DNA of 34,853 nt from a virus. Below, piece after piece: positions 25,464-34,494 of the stretch. How positions within the stretch are numbered: position 1 is the stretch's first letter; every line of letters starts with the position of its first letter. The notes under the pieces were generated by a model. That model was given only the letters and a program-made list of their open reading frames with translations. It was not told the origin of the DNA and did not search any database. A program made the position numbers and the translations under genes. Where the stretch lies: the IMG/VR virus record IMGVR_UViG_3300021184_000001, positions 1-34,853 of that record; one strand, written 5' to 3'.

Positions 25464-26961
25464 GCAGGACCGGATCGTCACCGCGATCGAGGAAGGCCAC
25501 AACGTCGCCGTGCAGGCCCTGGCCGGAACCGGGAAGACCCAGACGCTGCTGCTGGGCGCCGAGGCCAAGGAGCGGCGCCTCAAGATGGGCCTGTACATCG
25601 CGTTCGGCAAAAACAACCGCGCCGACGCGAAGGACCGCTTCCCCGGCACCGTCGAATGCCACACCAGCCACAGCGTGGCCATGGACGTCGGCCGCTACTA
25701 CGCGCGCCGCTGGAGCGGCAGGAACACCCGGCGCAATGGTGCCCAGCTGGCTGACGCCTTCGGCACGAAGCCGTTCGCCCCGGCCCCCGAGCGCACCATC
25801 ACCTCCATCGGCGTCGCCATCCTCGCCAAGCTCGCGGTGCAGCGCTTCGCCCGCTCGGCCGACCGCGAGCTGACCGCCTGGCACGTGGGCCCCGTCGACG
25901 GCATCGACCCCGACGCCCACCGGGCGCTGAAGGCGCACGTGCTGCCCTTTGCGAAGGCGATGTGGAACGACCTGCAAGACCCCCACTCCGACCGCGCCGA
26001 ATTCACGCACGACCACTACAGGAAGATGTGGGCTCTGAAGAACCCCAAGCTCAAGGTCAACTTCATCATGCTCGACGAAGGGCAGGACATCGACGCGCTC
26101 ACGCTCGACGTCCTCACCCGCCAGCAATGCCAGCTCATCGCCGTCGGCGATGTCAACCAGACCCTGTACGCCTGGCGCGGCGCCCAGGACGCGCTCGCGA
26201 AATGGCCCGCCGACCAGCGCCTCTCCCTCACCGAGAGCTTCCGGTTCGGCCCGGCCATCGCCGACCGCGCCAACCAGTGGCTGGCCGCCCTCGGCTGCGA
26301 CCTGCGCCTGAAGGGCCGAGGCGAAGCGGGTACGGTCGGCCCCCTGACCGAGCCCGACGTGGTCCTGTGCCGCACGAATGCCGGTGCTGTCGAGGCCGCG
26401 CAAGCGGCGCTGGCGGCGGGGCGCCGTGTCGGCATGGCCAAGCGGGTGTCGGACGACATCAAGCACATGTGCAAAGCGGCGCTGGACCTGCAGGCCGGAC
26501 TGCAGTGCGACCATCCGCAGTTGGGGACGTTCGCCTCTTGGCGGGAGGTGCTGCACTATGTCGAGAGCGACCCGACCGCCGGGGACATGGCCGTGTTCGT
26601 GCGCCTGGTGGAGAAGTGGGGTGCGGCTCAGCTGCTGAAGATCGTCAAGCAGTTCAAGGACACTGACAAGGGACCGGTCGATCTGACGGTCATGACCGGG
26701 CACGGCGCCAAGGGCCTGCAGTACCCTCGGGTCAAGATCGGCGCCGACTTCCGGGAACCGTCACTGGACGGTGAAGGGAAGGTGCGTCCGATGGACCCGG
26801 CCGATCTGCAGCTGTGCTACGTCGCGGTCACCCGCGCCCAGCAGCACCTCGACGACCGGTCCATCGCCTGGATCGACGACTACCTCGCCGGTGAGGCGAC
26901 CGAAGACCAACTGCAACGCTGGTACCAACGCGAACTCAAGAAAGCAGGCGACCATGTCTGA
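25441..26961 (+). CDS. UvrD/Rep-like SF1A helicase
   Basis: PTAEQ, ALAGTGKT, LDEGQD, VGDVNQTLYAWRGA, LTESFRFG, LCRTNA, HGAKGLQY, YVAVTRA. AAGGA RBS. Confidence 0.93.
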   Translation: MSFTPTAEQDRIVTAIEEGHNVAVQALAGTGKTQTLLLGAEAKERRLKMGLYIAFGKNNRADAKDRFPGTVECHTSHSVAMDVGRYYARRWSGRNTRRNGAQLADAFGTKPFAPAPERTITSIGVAILAKLAVQRFARSADRELTAWHVGPVDGIDPDAHRALKAHVLPFAKAMWNDLQDPHSDRAEFTHDHYRKMWALKNPKLKVNFIMLDEGQDIDALTLDVLTRQQCQLIAVGDVNQTLYAWRGAQDALAKWPADQRLSLTESFRFGPAIADRANQWLAALGCDLRLKGRGEAGTVGPLTEPDVVLCRTNAGAVEAAQAALAAGRRVGMAKRVSDDIKHMCKAALDLQAGLQCDHPQLGTFASWREVLHYVESDPTAGDMAVFVRLVEKWGAAQLLKIVKQFKDTDKGPVDLTVMTGHGAKGLQYPRVKIGADFREPSLDGEGKVRPMDPADLQLCYVAVTRAQQHLDDRSIAWIDDYLAGEATEDQLQRWYQRELKKAGDHV

Positions 26962-27487
26962 CACCCCCCAGATCCCCGAGACCGCCCCCACCCTCCAGGT
27001 CGAACTCGACGACCCGCACTTCCGTGATGCGCTCGCGGACAGTCCGCGCCCGATCATGGTCATCGGTTTGGAGCGGCACGTCACCCTCTACAACTGCGAC
27101 ACGATCGGCCTCGGTGACGACCACCGGGACTGGTACGCGTTCTTCGACAAGATCACCGGCGGCGACGCCGACACCGTCTTCAGGTACCGCTCCAGCGGCC
27201 ATGCGTACTTCTGCAACACCGCCGACTACCACCGCGCCGACCCCAAACGGTTCAACCCGGTCGCGGCCATGCTGATCGCCAACGAGACGCGCACCCCGAT
27301 CCAGCACGGCAACCCCGTGTTCGGGCCGGTCGTCCTGACCGGGTTCAACCTGCGCACCTACGAGCCCAAGCCCCTGGACCCCGAGAAGCTCCTCAGCGCC
27401 TGGGACGCCATGATGGAAAACGAGAAGGTCGCCAAGGCTAAGATCGCCGAGCTGGAAGCCGCTGAAGCGGCCAGCACCGAATCCTGA
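26954..27487 (+). CDS. hypothetical protein, DUF3846-like
   Basis: FNPVAAML.....PVFGPVVLTG motif. Confidence 0.65.
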   Translation: MSDTPQIPETAPTLQVELDDPHFRDALADSPRPIMVIGLERHVTLYNCDTIGLGDDHRDWYAFFDKITGGDADTVFRYRSSGHAYFCNTADYHRADPKRFNPVAAMLIANETRTPIQHGNPVFGPVVLTGFNLRTYEPKPLDPEKLLSAWDAMMENEKVAKAKIAELEAAEAASTES

Positions 27488-27555
27488 TACGGGCCGCGCG
27501 GCCCCTTCTCCCCGAGAAAGATGATCATGACACCTCACTCCCCCGGAGGCCGACC

Positions 27556-27963
27556 ATGGAACCGCTGATCGACGCGATCTTCTCCGAAGGCGTCGCATGG
27601 ACCCTCATCCTGCTGGCCTTGTTCCTGGGACCGCCCACCGGTGCCCGATTCAGAGCCCGCCACGAGCTCAAAGCGGTGCAGCACAAACGCGCCTTCGAGT
27701 TGGAAAAGCAGAAGCTGGAACTGGAACAGGCGCGCCTGAGCGCGAAGCGGCCGATCTGCGAATGCGGCCACGGCGCGAACTTCCATGACCGCAGCGGCGC
27801 CTGCGCCGAGACGGTGCAGCGGCCCAACCAGTGGAACGCCGACGGGAAGGCGACCGGGTATGAGAACGTGCCCTGCGTGTGCCTGAACTACGTCGGCCCG
27901 AGCCCCGGGATCACCGGCGACATCCTCGGTGAACTCGGCGAACTGGGCATCATGCGCGACTGA
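27556..27963 (+). CDS. membrane-anchored protein with coiled coil and Cys/His Zn-binding domain
   Basis: TM, coiled coil, PICECGH..NFH....C ... CVCLNY. GGAGG RBS. Confidence 0.75.
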   Translation: MEPLIDAIFSEGVAWTLILLALFLGPPTGARFRARHELKAVQHKRAFELEKQKLELEQARLSAKRPICECGHGANFHDRSGACAETVQRPNQWNADGKATGYENVPCVCLNYVGPSPGITGDILGELGELGIMRD

Positions 27964-27970
27964 CGTTGAT

Positions 27971-27997
27971 GGGGCCGCCAGCGGCAGTGGCGGCCCC
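27971..27997. terminator. hairpin between convergent genes
   Basis: GGGGCCGCCA-GCGGCAG-TGGCGGCCCC. Confidence 0.7.
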
Positions 27998-28090
27998 GGA
28001 GCGATCTTGCAACACTCGACAGTTCAACGCCTGCAGAGTTCCTTCGGTAACCCAACCCTGCAACTTCACTGAATTGGGTGCGCCTCGATG

Positions 28091-29023
28091 CTACCGCCCG
28101 GCGCAGTGAAACCGCCGGTGGCTCGTGAACCGCTGATAGGCCTCCAGCTTGTCCTCCACTCGCCGCCCGGCGGCGTCGAAGCCCAACCGCAGGTCCGACC
28201 GGTTTTCCGCGCCCGGCGAGTCAAACACCATCCACGCTTTGAACACATCGGCGTCGGGCGTGTCGAGGAACGCGCGGGCCTGCTCGAAGTAGTCGGCCGC
28301 CAGGTCGAGAGGCAGCCCCGGCGTGCTCCACTCCGCCACCCCCCACGGCTTGCCCTCTCCGATGCCGAAGGCGCGCATCAGATTCGCAAAGTGCGCCAGG
28401 TTCTCGGCCAGATCCGGCCGCTCGGGCGAACCGTACGCGTTGCACCAGACCCAGTCGACGAGCTCGTCGCCGGGGTAGAGGTCCGCGACGACGTAGTCCC
28501 ACTTCGGGTAGTTCATGTAGGCCATGCCCCAGACGACGTCGTCGGCCCCCTCCTGATCGAACACCTCCCGCACGACGGCCCACATGCGCCGGTACTCCTC
28601 AGCAGTCCCGGCCGCCATCTTGCGGACCCCGCGCTCGCCGAGGTCGTTCTCCGGTTCGTGGTGGAGAATGATCGCCACCTGGCGGTCAAGAAGGCGCACG
28701 CGGCGCGCGGCGAGGCGGAACCGGTCGCGGGCGGCGGAAGTCTCGGCGTCTTTCCAGCGGGCCACGGGCTTCCAGTTGTGGACTACGCGCCCGGTGCGGT
28801 GGCCCCGCGCCCACAGGTGCACGTGGCGGTCCTCGAAGGGGAGCTGGCGGGGCGCGGCGAAGGCGTGGGTGAGGTCGAGGGCGCGTTTGATACGGCGGGC
28901 GTGGGCCAGGTGCTGGGCGTCGAAGTTGTCGGGGGCATCGGGGTATCCGGCGGCGCGGGCACCGAGCAGCACTCGACATGAATGCACCATTTGGTCGTTA
29001 ATTTCGCATTTGTGCGTATTCAT
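28091..29023 (-). CDS. glycoside hydrolase family 26-like (clan GH-A) protein
   Basis: HHEPEN acid/base, EYRRMW..V...F...GA..VVW, YPGDELVDW....Y, GKPWGVAEW nucleophile. Confidence 0.85.
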   Translation of the reverse strand: MNTHKCEINDQMVHSCRVLLGARAAGYPDAPDNFDAQHLAHARRIKRALDLTHAFAAPRQLPFEDRHVHLWARGHRTGRVVHNWKPVARWKDAETSAARDRFRLAARRVRLLDRQVAIILHHEPENDLGERGVRKMAAGTAEEYRRMWAVVREVFDQEGADDVVWGMAYMNYPKWDYVVADLYPGDELVDWVWCNAYGSPERPDLAENLAHFANLMRAFGIGEGKPWGVAEWSTPGLPLDLAADYFEQARAFLDTPDADVFKAWMVFDSPGAENRSDLRLGFDAAGRRVEDKLEAYQRFTSHRRFHCAGR

Positions 29024-29074
29024 GGCGTGAGCCTACCCGGCAGCATCCCCGAAATGAGGAACCCACTCGTCACC

Positions 29075-29695
29075 TCACGCCGTCTTCGACAACTTCCACG
29101 GCCCACGCTGACGCACCGCCGCCGCCTGCAACACCTCGATCGCACCCTGGCGCAACCGGTCCAAAAGCTCCGACGGCGCCGACCGGCCCGGCACCGCCTC
29201 CCCCATCTGCAGATCCCGGCTCATCGCCATGAACGCCACGTCTTGACCTTCGGCATCGGTCACCCGGATCTCACCCGGATGCCACTCCACCGCATACATC
29301 AGGCCACCGAACTCGAACGTTCCCACCGTCGAAATACTCGGCATCGCACTCTCCTCCATTCGTCGCAACCTGCAGGCGGGCAGATGATCCAGCAGGCGCG
29401 GATAGAACATCGCACGCACATAGCTCCTCCAGAACGCAGAGTAACCGCCCGCACCACCAGGAGGGACGACGAACTTCATGTCCGCCACCACACTCCCCCG
29501 AACGGACGGCCACGCCAGCGGCCACGCCCGCGCCCCCAACGCATTCAACATCCAGATCCCATGCGTCCCCTCCTGGCACGTCGCCAGCATCGGCATCTCC
29601 CCCCGCTCCTCATCCTGCTGGTTGAACACCAGCGACCACCGTGCGAACGCGTGCGGCTCCAACGCCGACACCATCACAGGCTCTACACTGGTCAT
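29075..29695 (-). CDS. hypothetical protein
   Basis: GGAGAGGAAGG purine tract before MTSVEPV. Long open frame. Confidence 0.6.
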   Translation of the reverse strand: MTSVEPVMVSALEPHAFARWSLVFNQQDEERGEMPMLATCQEGTHGIWMLNALGARAWPLAWPSVRGSVVADMKFVVPPGGAGGYSAFWRSYVRAMFYPRLLDHLPACRLRRMEESAMPSISTVGTFEFGGLMYAVEWHPGEIRVTDAEGQDVAFMAMSRDLQMGEAVPGRSAPSELLDRLRQGAIEVLQAAAVRQRGPWKLSKTA

Positions 29696-29909
29696 GCCGG
29701 GGCCTTCCTCTCCACGGGAAACGGATGAGACTGGTCGGGCGGACAGCCGGGCCGTGCCTTTCACGGGGGAGACGCACGGCCCGGCCCAACGGTGAGCAGC
29801 ACCATTGGCTTAAAGCGACCAGGCCAAAACAACCAGTCGTGAGTGTTAGTCTGGATCACACCCTTTCCCGAGCGGAAGCCCTTCCGCGTTAACAAGGTGT
29901 TCACAGCCC

Positions 29910-31115
29910 ATGGAAGACTCCCCCGCCATCCTGCGCCGCATCCGCACATCAGCCCAGCTCAGCCTCCGCGCCATGGCCAAAGAGCTGGCCAAACACGACG
30001 CCCCCTACAGCCACGTCGCCCTCTCCTACTACGAGACCGGCCGCACCCCACCACCCCCAGGCCTGATAGAGAAATATGAGAGCGTCGCCGAAACCCTCAC
30101 CACACTCGACACCACAGGCGACCCAGTAGCCCTGCTCGCCACACTAGGAAGGTCTGACGTGGACCGCCGAAGCTTCTTCAGAAACGCCGCCTACATCGCC
30201 GCCGGAATCACCATCCCGGCCACCACCCAACCCACCAAACACCTCCACGTCGGCACCACCGACGTCGACAGCGTCCGCCAATGGGTCACCTCCCTGTCCG
30301 ACCTCGACGAACGCTTCGGCGGCAACTTCGGCCGCAGCACCGTCGCCGAATTCTGCGCCACCGAACTGCCGCCCCTCCTCGAAGGCACCTTCCCCAACGA
30401 CACCGTCCGCCGCAACATGTTCGGCGCCGCCGCCGAAGCCGTCTACCTCGCCGGATGGAAATCCCACGACGTCGGCCGCGACGGCGCCGCCCAGCACTAC
30501 TTCAACAACGCCCTCGCCCTCGCCCGCATCGCCGACCCCTACGCCCACACCGCCTGGGTCATGCGCATCAAATGCCACCAAGCCTTCGCCCTCGGCCACG
30601 GCGCCGAACACATCGACCTCGCCGAAGAAGCCTGCCGACTCGCCAAAGGCCGCGTCGACCCCTACACCGAAGCCCTCTTCACCATCACCGCCGCCCGCGC
30701 CCACGCCGCCGCAGGCAACCACCGCCAATCCCAAACCGCCATCGCCCTCACCGAAAAGCAAATCCAGCGCACCCCCGACACCCCACCGCGCTGGGCCGCC
30801 CCCAACGGACCCGCCGGAGGCCCACTCCTCGCCCGCGTCCACAACCAGATCGGCGTCACCCTCAAAGCCCTCGGCGATCACGCCGGAGCCGAAGAAAAAG
30901 CACGCCACGGCCTCGAACTGTGGAACCGCAACACCAACCCCCGCATCTGGGCCATCACCCTCGCCCGCGTCGCCCAAGCCCAATACGACCAAGGACGCCT
31001 TGCCGACGCCGTCAACACCTGGCAACGCGTCCTCCCCCACCTCGACGGCATCAACTCCCACCGCATCGCCAAACTCAAAACCACCGCCCACACCCACATC
31101 ACCCAAGCCGCCTGA
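29910..31115 (+). CDS. XRE-type HTH transcriptional regulator with TPR-like C-terminal region
   Basis: LRRIRTSAQLSLRAMA......LSYYETGR..P, VDRRSFF, LDERFGG, LAGWKSHDVG..GAAQHYF..AL.LA. Common actinomycete architecture. Confidence 0.88.
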   Translation: MEDSPAILRRIRTSAQLSLRAMAKELAKHDAPYSHVALSYYETGRTPPPPGLIEKYESVAETLTTLDTTGDPVALLATLGRSDVDRRSFFRNAAYIAAGITIPATTQPTKHLHVGTTDVDSVRQWVTSLSDLDERFGGNFGRSTVAEFCATELPPLLEGTFPNDTVRRNMFGAAAEAVYLAGWKSHDVGRDGAAQHYFNNALALARIADPYAHTAWVMRIKCHQAFALGHGAEHIDLAEEACRLAKGRVDPYTEALFTITAARAHAAAGNHRQSQTAIALTEKQIQRTPDTPPRWAAPNGPAGGPLLARVHNQIGVTLKALGDHAGAEEKARHGLELWNRNTNPRIWAITLARVAQAQYDQGRLADAVNTWQRVLPHLDGINSHRIAKLKTTAHTHITQAA

Positions 31116-31122
31116 CAGCACA

Positions 31123-31158
31123 AAGGCCCGGCGCCACTACCCCAGAGCGCCGGGCCTT
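31123..31158. terminator. hairpin, putative terminator
   Basis: AAGGCCCGGCGC / GCGCCGGGCCTT, 12-bp stem after the stop codon. Confidence 0.7.
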
Positions 31159-31231
31159 CCACACAGGGGACCGTGTGGCATCAGACAGATGCCCACACAG
31201 CCTAACCACCCACACCAGCCCGGCGCGAACA

Positions 31232-31495
31232 TCAGCGCCGGGCCTGCCACGTTTGCCCCCACTTCCGCATATTCGACTCCCATCGCCACCGCCAGTTCCC
31301 ATACTCACGCATCACCGACCGACACTGATTACACCCCGCATCCACCCGCAACTCAGCAAACGGCCCCTCCCCCAACACCACATCCAACGGACGCTCAACA
31401 CAACACACAGGCCAGTACTGCCCCAGCGGATCAGGCCCCACCGACACGTGCGACTGATACCTCCCCGTACTGCTGGTGCACAGATAGAACTTCAT
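31232..31495 (-). CDS. small Cys-containing hypothetical protein
   Basis: GAAGGAAGG RBS. H..VCC...CNQC. Confidence 0.5.
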   Translation of the reverse strand: MKFYLCTSSTGRYQSHVSVGPDPLGQYWPVCCVERPLDVVLGEGPFAELRVDAGCNQCRSVMREYGNWRWRWESNMRKWGQTWQARR

Positions 31496-31635
31496 CTTCG
31501 TTGCCTTCCTTCACCGCGCACGCGAACACGAACACGAATACCTTTACGCGAGGGTACAGCATATGAAAGGTAGGCGTATTCATTTTGCGGCGCTCCGGTT
31601 GAGGAACGCCGCTTCGCGGCGGCCAGCGATGAGAG

Positions 31636-32832
31636 TCAGGCCTGGGGCACCTGCTTTCCGTACGTGTCCTTGCAGGTGGGGCAGCTGAAGGCGCCCAGGG
31701 TGGGCTCGTCGATGGAGACGTACTTCAGGCCGCTGATGTCGTGGCAGTCGCGGCCTTCGCAGGCGCGCTGGAGGGGCCCTACGGGCTCCCAGTGGTTGCC
31801 CAGCGAGTCGGTCCATGCCGGGGGGTGTTCGGCGCTCTGCGTGGCTGTGGCGGCCTTGAACGACTGGTCCTTGGTGCGGCCGATGAGCGCTTCGAGTTCC
31901 TTGCGGGCGTGGCCGTAGGGCTGCTCGGTCTTGTGGTCGATGCGGCGGTTGAGTGCGGCGTCGATGGTGTCGAGGTCGACGCCGAGGTTGACGCACTGCT
32001 GGGTGAGGCTGAGGAGGTAGTAGAGCTGTTCGCCGGAGGGGACGGCTTTGGAGGCGGGGGCGCGGTCGACGACGGCGGTGTAGATGAGGCGCTTGAGGAG
32101 GTTGGTCTGTGTTTCGGAATCGACACACACACTCGTTTCGGCCTGGGATTCGACGGTGTCGTTCGGTTCGGGCTCGCCCGGGTGTGTGTGGTCTTCTTCC
32201 TTTGGTCTTCTTGGGTTCGTCTTCTTAACCGGTACTTTTTCCCCTAGGCCTGCGGTACTTTTCGACCCTTGGCCTTCGGTAATTTTTACCGGTGGCTCGT
32301 GTTTTCCCTGGTCATTGCCACCGGTACTTTTTTCCTCTGGGCCACCGGTACTTTTTACCGGTGGCGTGCGAGGGTCGTTCGCAGCCGCGACCTCGATGAG
32401 GGTGGGCTTCATGTTCTTGCGGATCTCGCGCTGGTCCCTGTAGTAGGTCTCGTAGTCGACGTAGCCGTCGTAGCCGGAGGGGGCGGCCTGGTTGACTTCG
32501 ACGTAGAGGCGCTTGTGGCCGTTGCGGGGGTCGATGACCTCGGTGACGACGATGGCTTTGATGTGTTCGAGCTCGGCGTTCCACTTGCGGACGGTCTTCT
32601 CGGTGGCGCGGAGGATGTTGGCGAGGGAGGCCTGGGAGGGCCAGACGCCGTTGCCGTTCTTCTTCTTGTTGACGTGGCCGCAGTAGACGGTGTAGAGGGC
32701 CTTGGCGCCGTGGGAGATGTCGGCGAGGGAGACCCAGTCGCCGGGCTGGGAGAAGGGGAACTGGGTGCCCCAGCCGCCGTCGGTGGGCTCCTCGGGGTGC
32801 TCTGCGACAGTGCGGTTACGGTCGGTGGTCAC
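31636..32832 (-). CDS. replication initiator-like protein (N-terminal wHTH, HTH_36/phage O-like)
   Basis: DWV....ISHGAKALY.........VWPSQASLA.IL..TEKTVRKW..EL..I.AI, a repeat-rich linker, and a C-terminal CxxxxC..CPTC. GTG at 32832 has an AAAGGA RBS (alternative start 32850). Confidence 0.8.
   Translation of the reverse strand: MTTDRNRTVAEHPEEPTDGGWGTQFPFSQPGDWVSLADISHGAKALYTVYCGHVNKKKNGNGVWPSQASLANILRATEKTVRKWNAELEHIKAIVVTEVIDPRNGHKRLYVEVNQAAPSGYDGYVDYETYYRDQREIRKNMKPTLIEVAAANDPRTPPVKSTGGPEEKSTGGNDQGKHEPPVKITEGQGSKSTAGLGEKVPVKKTNPRRPKEEDHTHPGEPEPNDTVESQAETSVCVDSETQTNLLKRLIYTAVVDRAPASKAVPSGEQLYYLLSLTQQCVNLGVDLDTIDAALNRRIDHKTEQPYGHARKELEALIGRTKDQSFKAATATQSAEHPPAWTDSLGNHWEPVGPLQRACEGRDCHDISGLKYVSIDEPTLGAFSCPTCKDTYGKQVPQA
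32230..32365. repeat. iteron-like repeats inside the initiator gene (candidate origin)
   Basis: CGGTACTTTT at 32230, 32253, 32277 (CGGTAATTTT), 32322 and 32346. Inverted repeat GCCACCGGTA-CTTTT-TACCGGTGGC at 32341-32365. Confidence 0.75.
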
Positions 32833-33017
32833 GGGTGTGGTCCTTTCCACCGTGCCGACGACCTGATCCGGTTGACGAGCATTGCTCGCCTCCGGTACCC
32901 TGGGAGCTGATCGTTAGCTGCCCGTGCGAGTACAGTCGTTGCGCGGTGAGTTTCAGGGCCGGGGATGTAGGAGTCCCCGGCCTTTAGTTTTGCTTGAAAT
33001 CGGTCTAATACGGACAC
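32829..33017 (-). CDS. small hypothetical protein upstream of the initiator
   Basis: Stop overlaps the initiator GTG (GTGA coupling). Confidence 0.4.
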   Translation of the reverse strand: MSVLDRFQAKLKAGDSYIPGPETHRATTVLARAANDQLPGYRRRAMLVNRIRSSARWKGPHP

Positions 33018-33112
33018 AGTACACGCTAGTAGAACATAACGACTCCTCGTCTGTTTCGCTCAGTAGTACAGCAGTAACCAGACGCTACTATGGGAAAGTG
33101 AGCTTGCGACAC

Positions 33113-33583
33113 ATGGGTACCGTTCAGCGCGCACAGCAGGCATGGGGTGGTCCGCAGCTGCGGGGCATGGCCATGGGACGCCGGTCGGGCATCGCGGTCT
33201 GCAAAGGCGAGAAAACGTCGATGGTGGTGCCGGGGATGCTGCGCAACTGGCTGCCGAAGCTGCAGCCGGGAGCGCACCTGCGGCTGACGTTCAACGGGCG
33301 CCAGCGCGGCTGGGCGGTCATCAAAGTCGAGGCCTCGTGCTTCCACCCGGTCATCAGCACCATCCCCGACTGCGCGGCGCGCCACGACCCGAATGCCGTG
33401 GACGCTGAGGACACGTGGGATCAGATCCTGTTCAAGGCTCTGTGCGGGGGCAAGGAGGCGGTCGCGCCCGAGGAGATGATGCGCCGTGCGGCGAAGGGCT
33501 GGTACGTCCTGGACTTCACCGTGGTGGAGCGCCATCGCGAGTGGTGCGAGGCGATGGGGATCGGCGACCCGGAGGCGGCGTGA
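33113..33583 (+). CDS. hypothetical protein, possibly ASCH/PUA-like fold
   Basis: AVCKGEKTSMV......LQPGAHLRL...AVIKV...YVLDF resembles the ASCH pattern. Start is uncertain. Confidence 0.5.
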   Translation: MGTVQRAQQAWGGPQLRGMAMGRRSGIAVCKGEKTSMVVPGMLRNWLPKLQPGAHLRLTFNGRQRGWAVIKVEASCFHPVISTIPDCAARHDPNAVDAEDTWDQILFKALCGGKEAVAPEEMMRRAAKGWYVLDFTVVERHREWCEAMGIGDPEAA

Positions 33584-33872
33584 GGGCATCATGTCCTTTC
33601 GGTGACACCGGACACGCCCTACGGATTTGACGAGGTAGTCTCGTCTCTGGTAGAGTCGGCTCCGGTTTACGGTTTACAAATAACCACTTCAGCCGGGGAG
33701 TACCGTCCCCGGCTATCTTTTTGCTTGCGATCAGCCTACACGCCCAGCAGTGAAAAACCGAGTCCGGCTCGCAACGTATCCTTCACGGGATAGGAACGAG
33801 TTGCCATGCGACATGCATTGCCCGGCACGGAGATCCATCGCTTCGCGCTGCGGTGCGGAAGGGGGGCGCGTT

Positions 33873-34334
33873 GTGGATCGCACATCGGATGAACAGCTGC
33901 CGTCGCTCGTGGCGCTGCGTGTTGGCGATGATGCCGCCATGGCCCTCGACGAGATGTGCAAGCTCGGATACGCCGACAGCCGCGAGCAGATGGCGGCCGT
34001 CTGGATCGAACGGTGGAGTCGCAACCCGGCGACGTGGTCGCGATCCGAAGGAGACACTGCGCCCCACATGGAGGGCCTCGCTTCCTTCCATCCGCCCCCC
34101 GCCTACGTGCGCCAGCCGGTGGCGGTGACGGTCAGGCTCGATGGCGCGCCGATGCAGGCCCTGCGCCTCTGGGCCAAGAAATCGGCAGTGGGCCCCGAGC
34201 GGCTGGCGTCAGCCGTCATCGACGAGCACGCCGCTCACGTGGCCGCCGCCATCCGGCGCCGCGACAGCGGGCACCTCGTCGGCGAGTGGTACCCCTGTTG
34301 GTGCGGGCAGCTGAATCGTTGGCACGCAAAGTGA
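33873..34334 (+). CDS. possible tandem ribbon-helix-helix DNA-binding protein
   Basis: VALRVGDDAAMALDEMCK and VTVRLDGAPMQALRLWAK...LASAVIDE. Start is uncertain. Confidence 0.5.
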   Translation: MDRTSDEQLPSLVALRVGDDAAMALDEMCKLGYADSREQMAAVWIERWSRNPATWSRSEGDTAPHMEGLASFHPPPAYVRQPVAVTVRLDGAPMQALRLWAKKSAVGPERLASAVIDEHAAHVAAAIRRRDSGHLVGEWYPCWCGQLNRWHAK

Positions 34335-34494
34335 ACGATCCACGCACTCTGCTACGCTGAGTCTGCGAGGAGGAAGGATCTGACCTGGCGTCAGATGGGG
34401 GATACGTGGCCGGAGGGGGACCTCCGGCCACTGTCATATCCCCACCTCACCGGCCGCTTCCCCGGCCCATCACCCGAAGGAGACCCCCCCCTTG

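Noticed and set aside
31519-31540. Short tandem repeats (CACGAA here; GGTTTAC x2 near 33664)
   Set aside because: Too short and too few copies to distinguish from chance.
30281-31573. 430-aa and 188-aa alternative + frame ORFs rich in Arg/Pro/Thr
   Set aside because: Artefacts of the C/A-skewed composition. They overlap the XRE-TPR gene.
32230-32365. Repeats as a mini CRISPR array
   Set aside because: The repeats are ~10 bp with ~13-bp gaps, lie inside a CDS, and no cas genes are present.
32829-33017. Second HNH remnant (DRFQAKL start)
   Set aside because: Resemblance is limited to a few residues, with no CW.W or His/Asn motifs.
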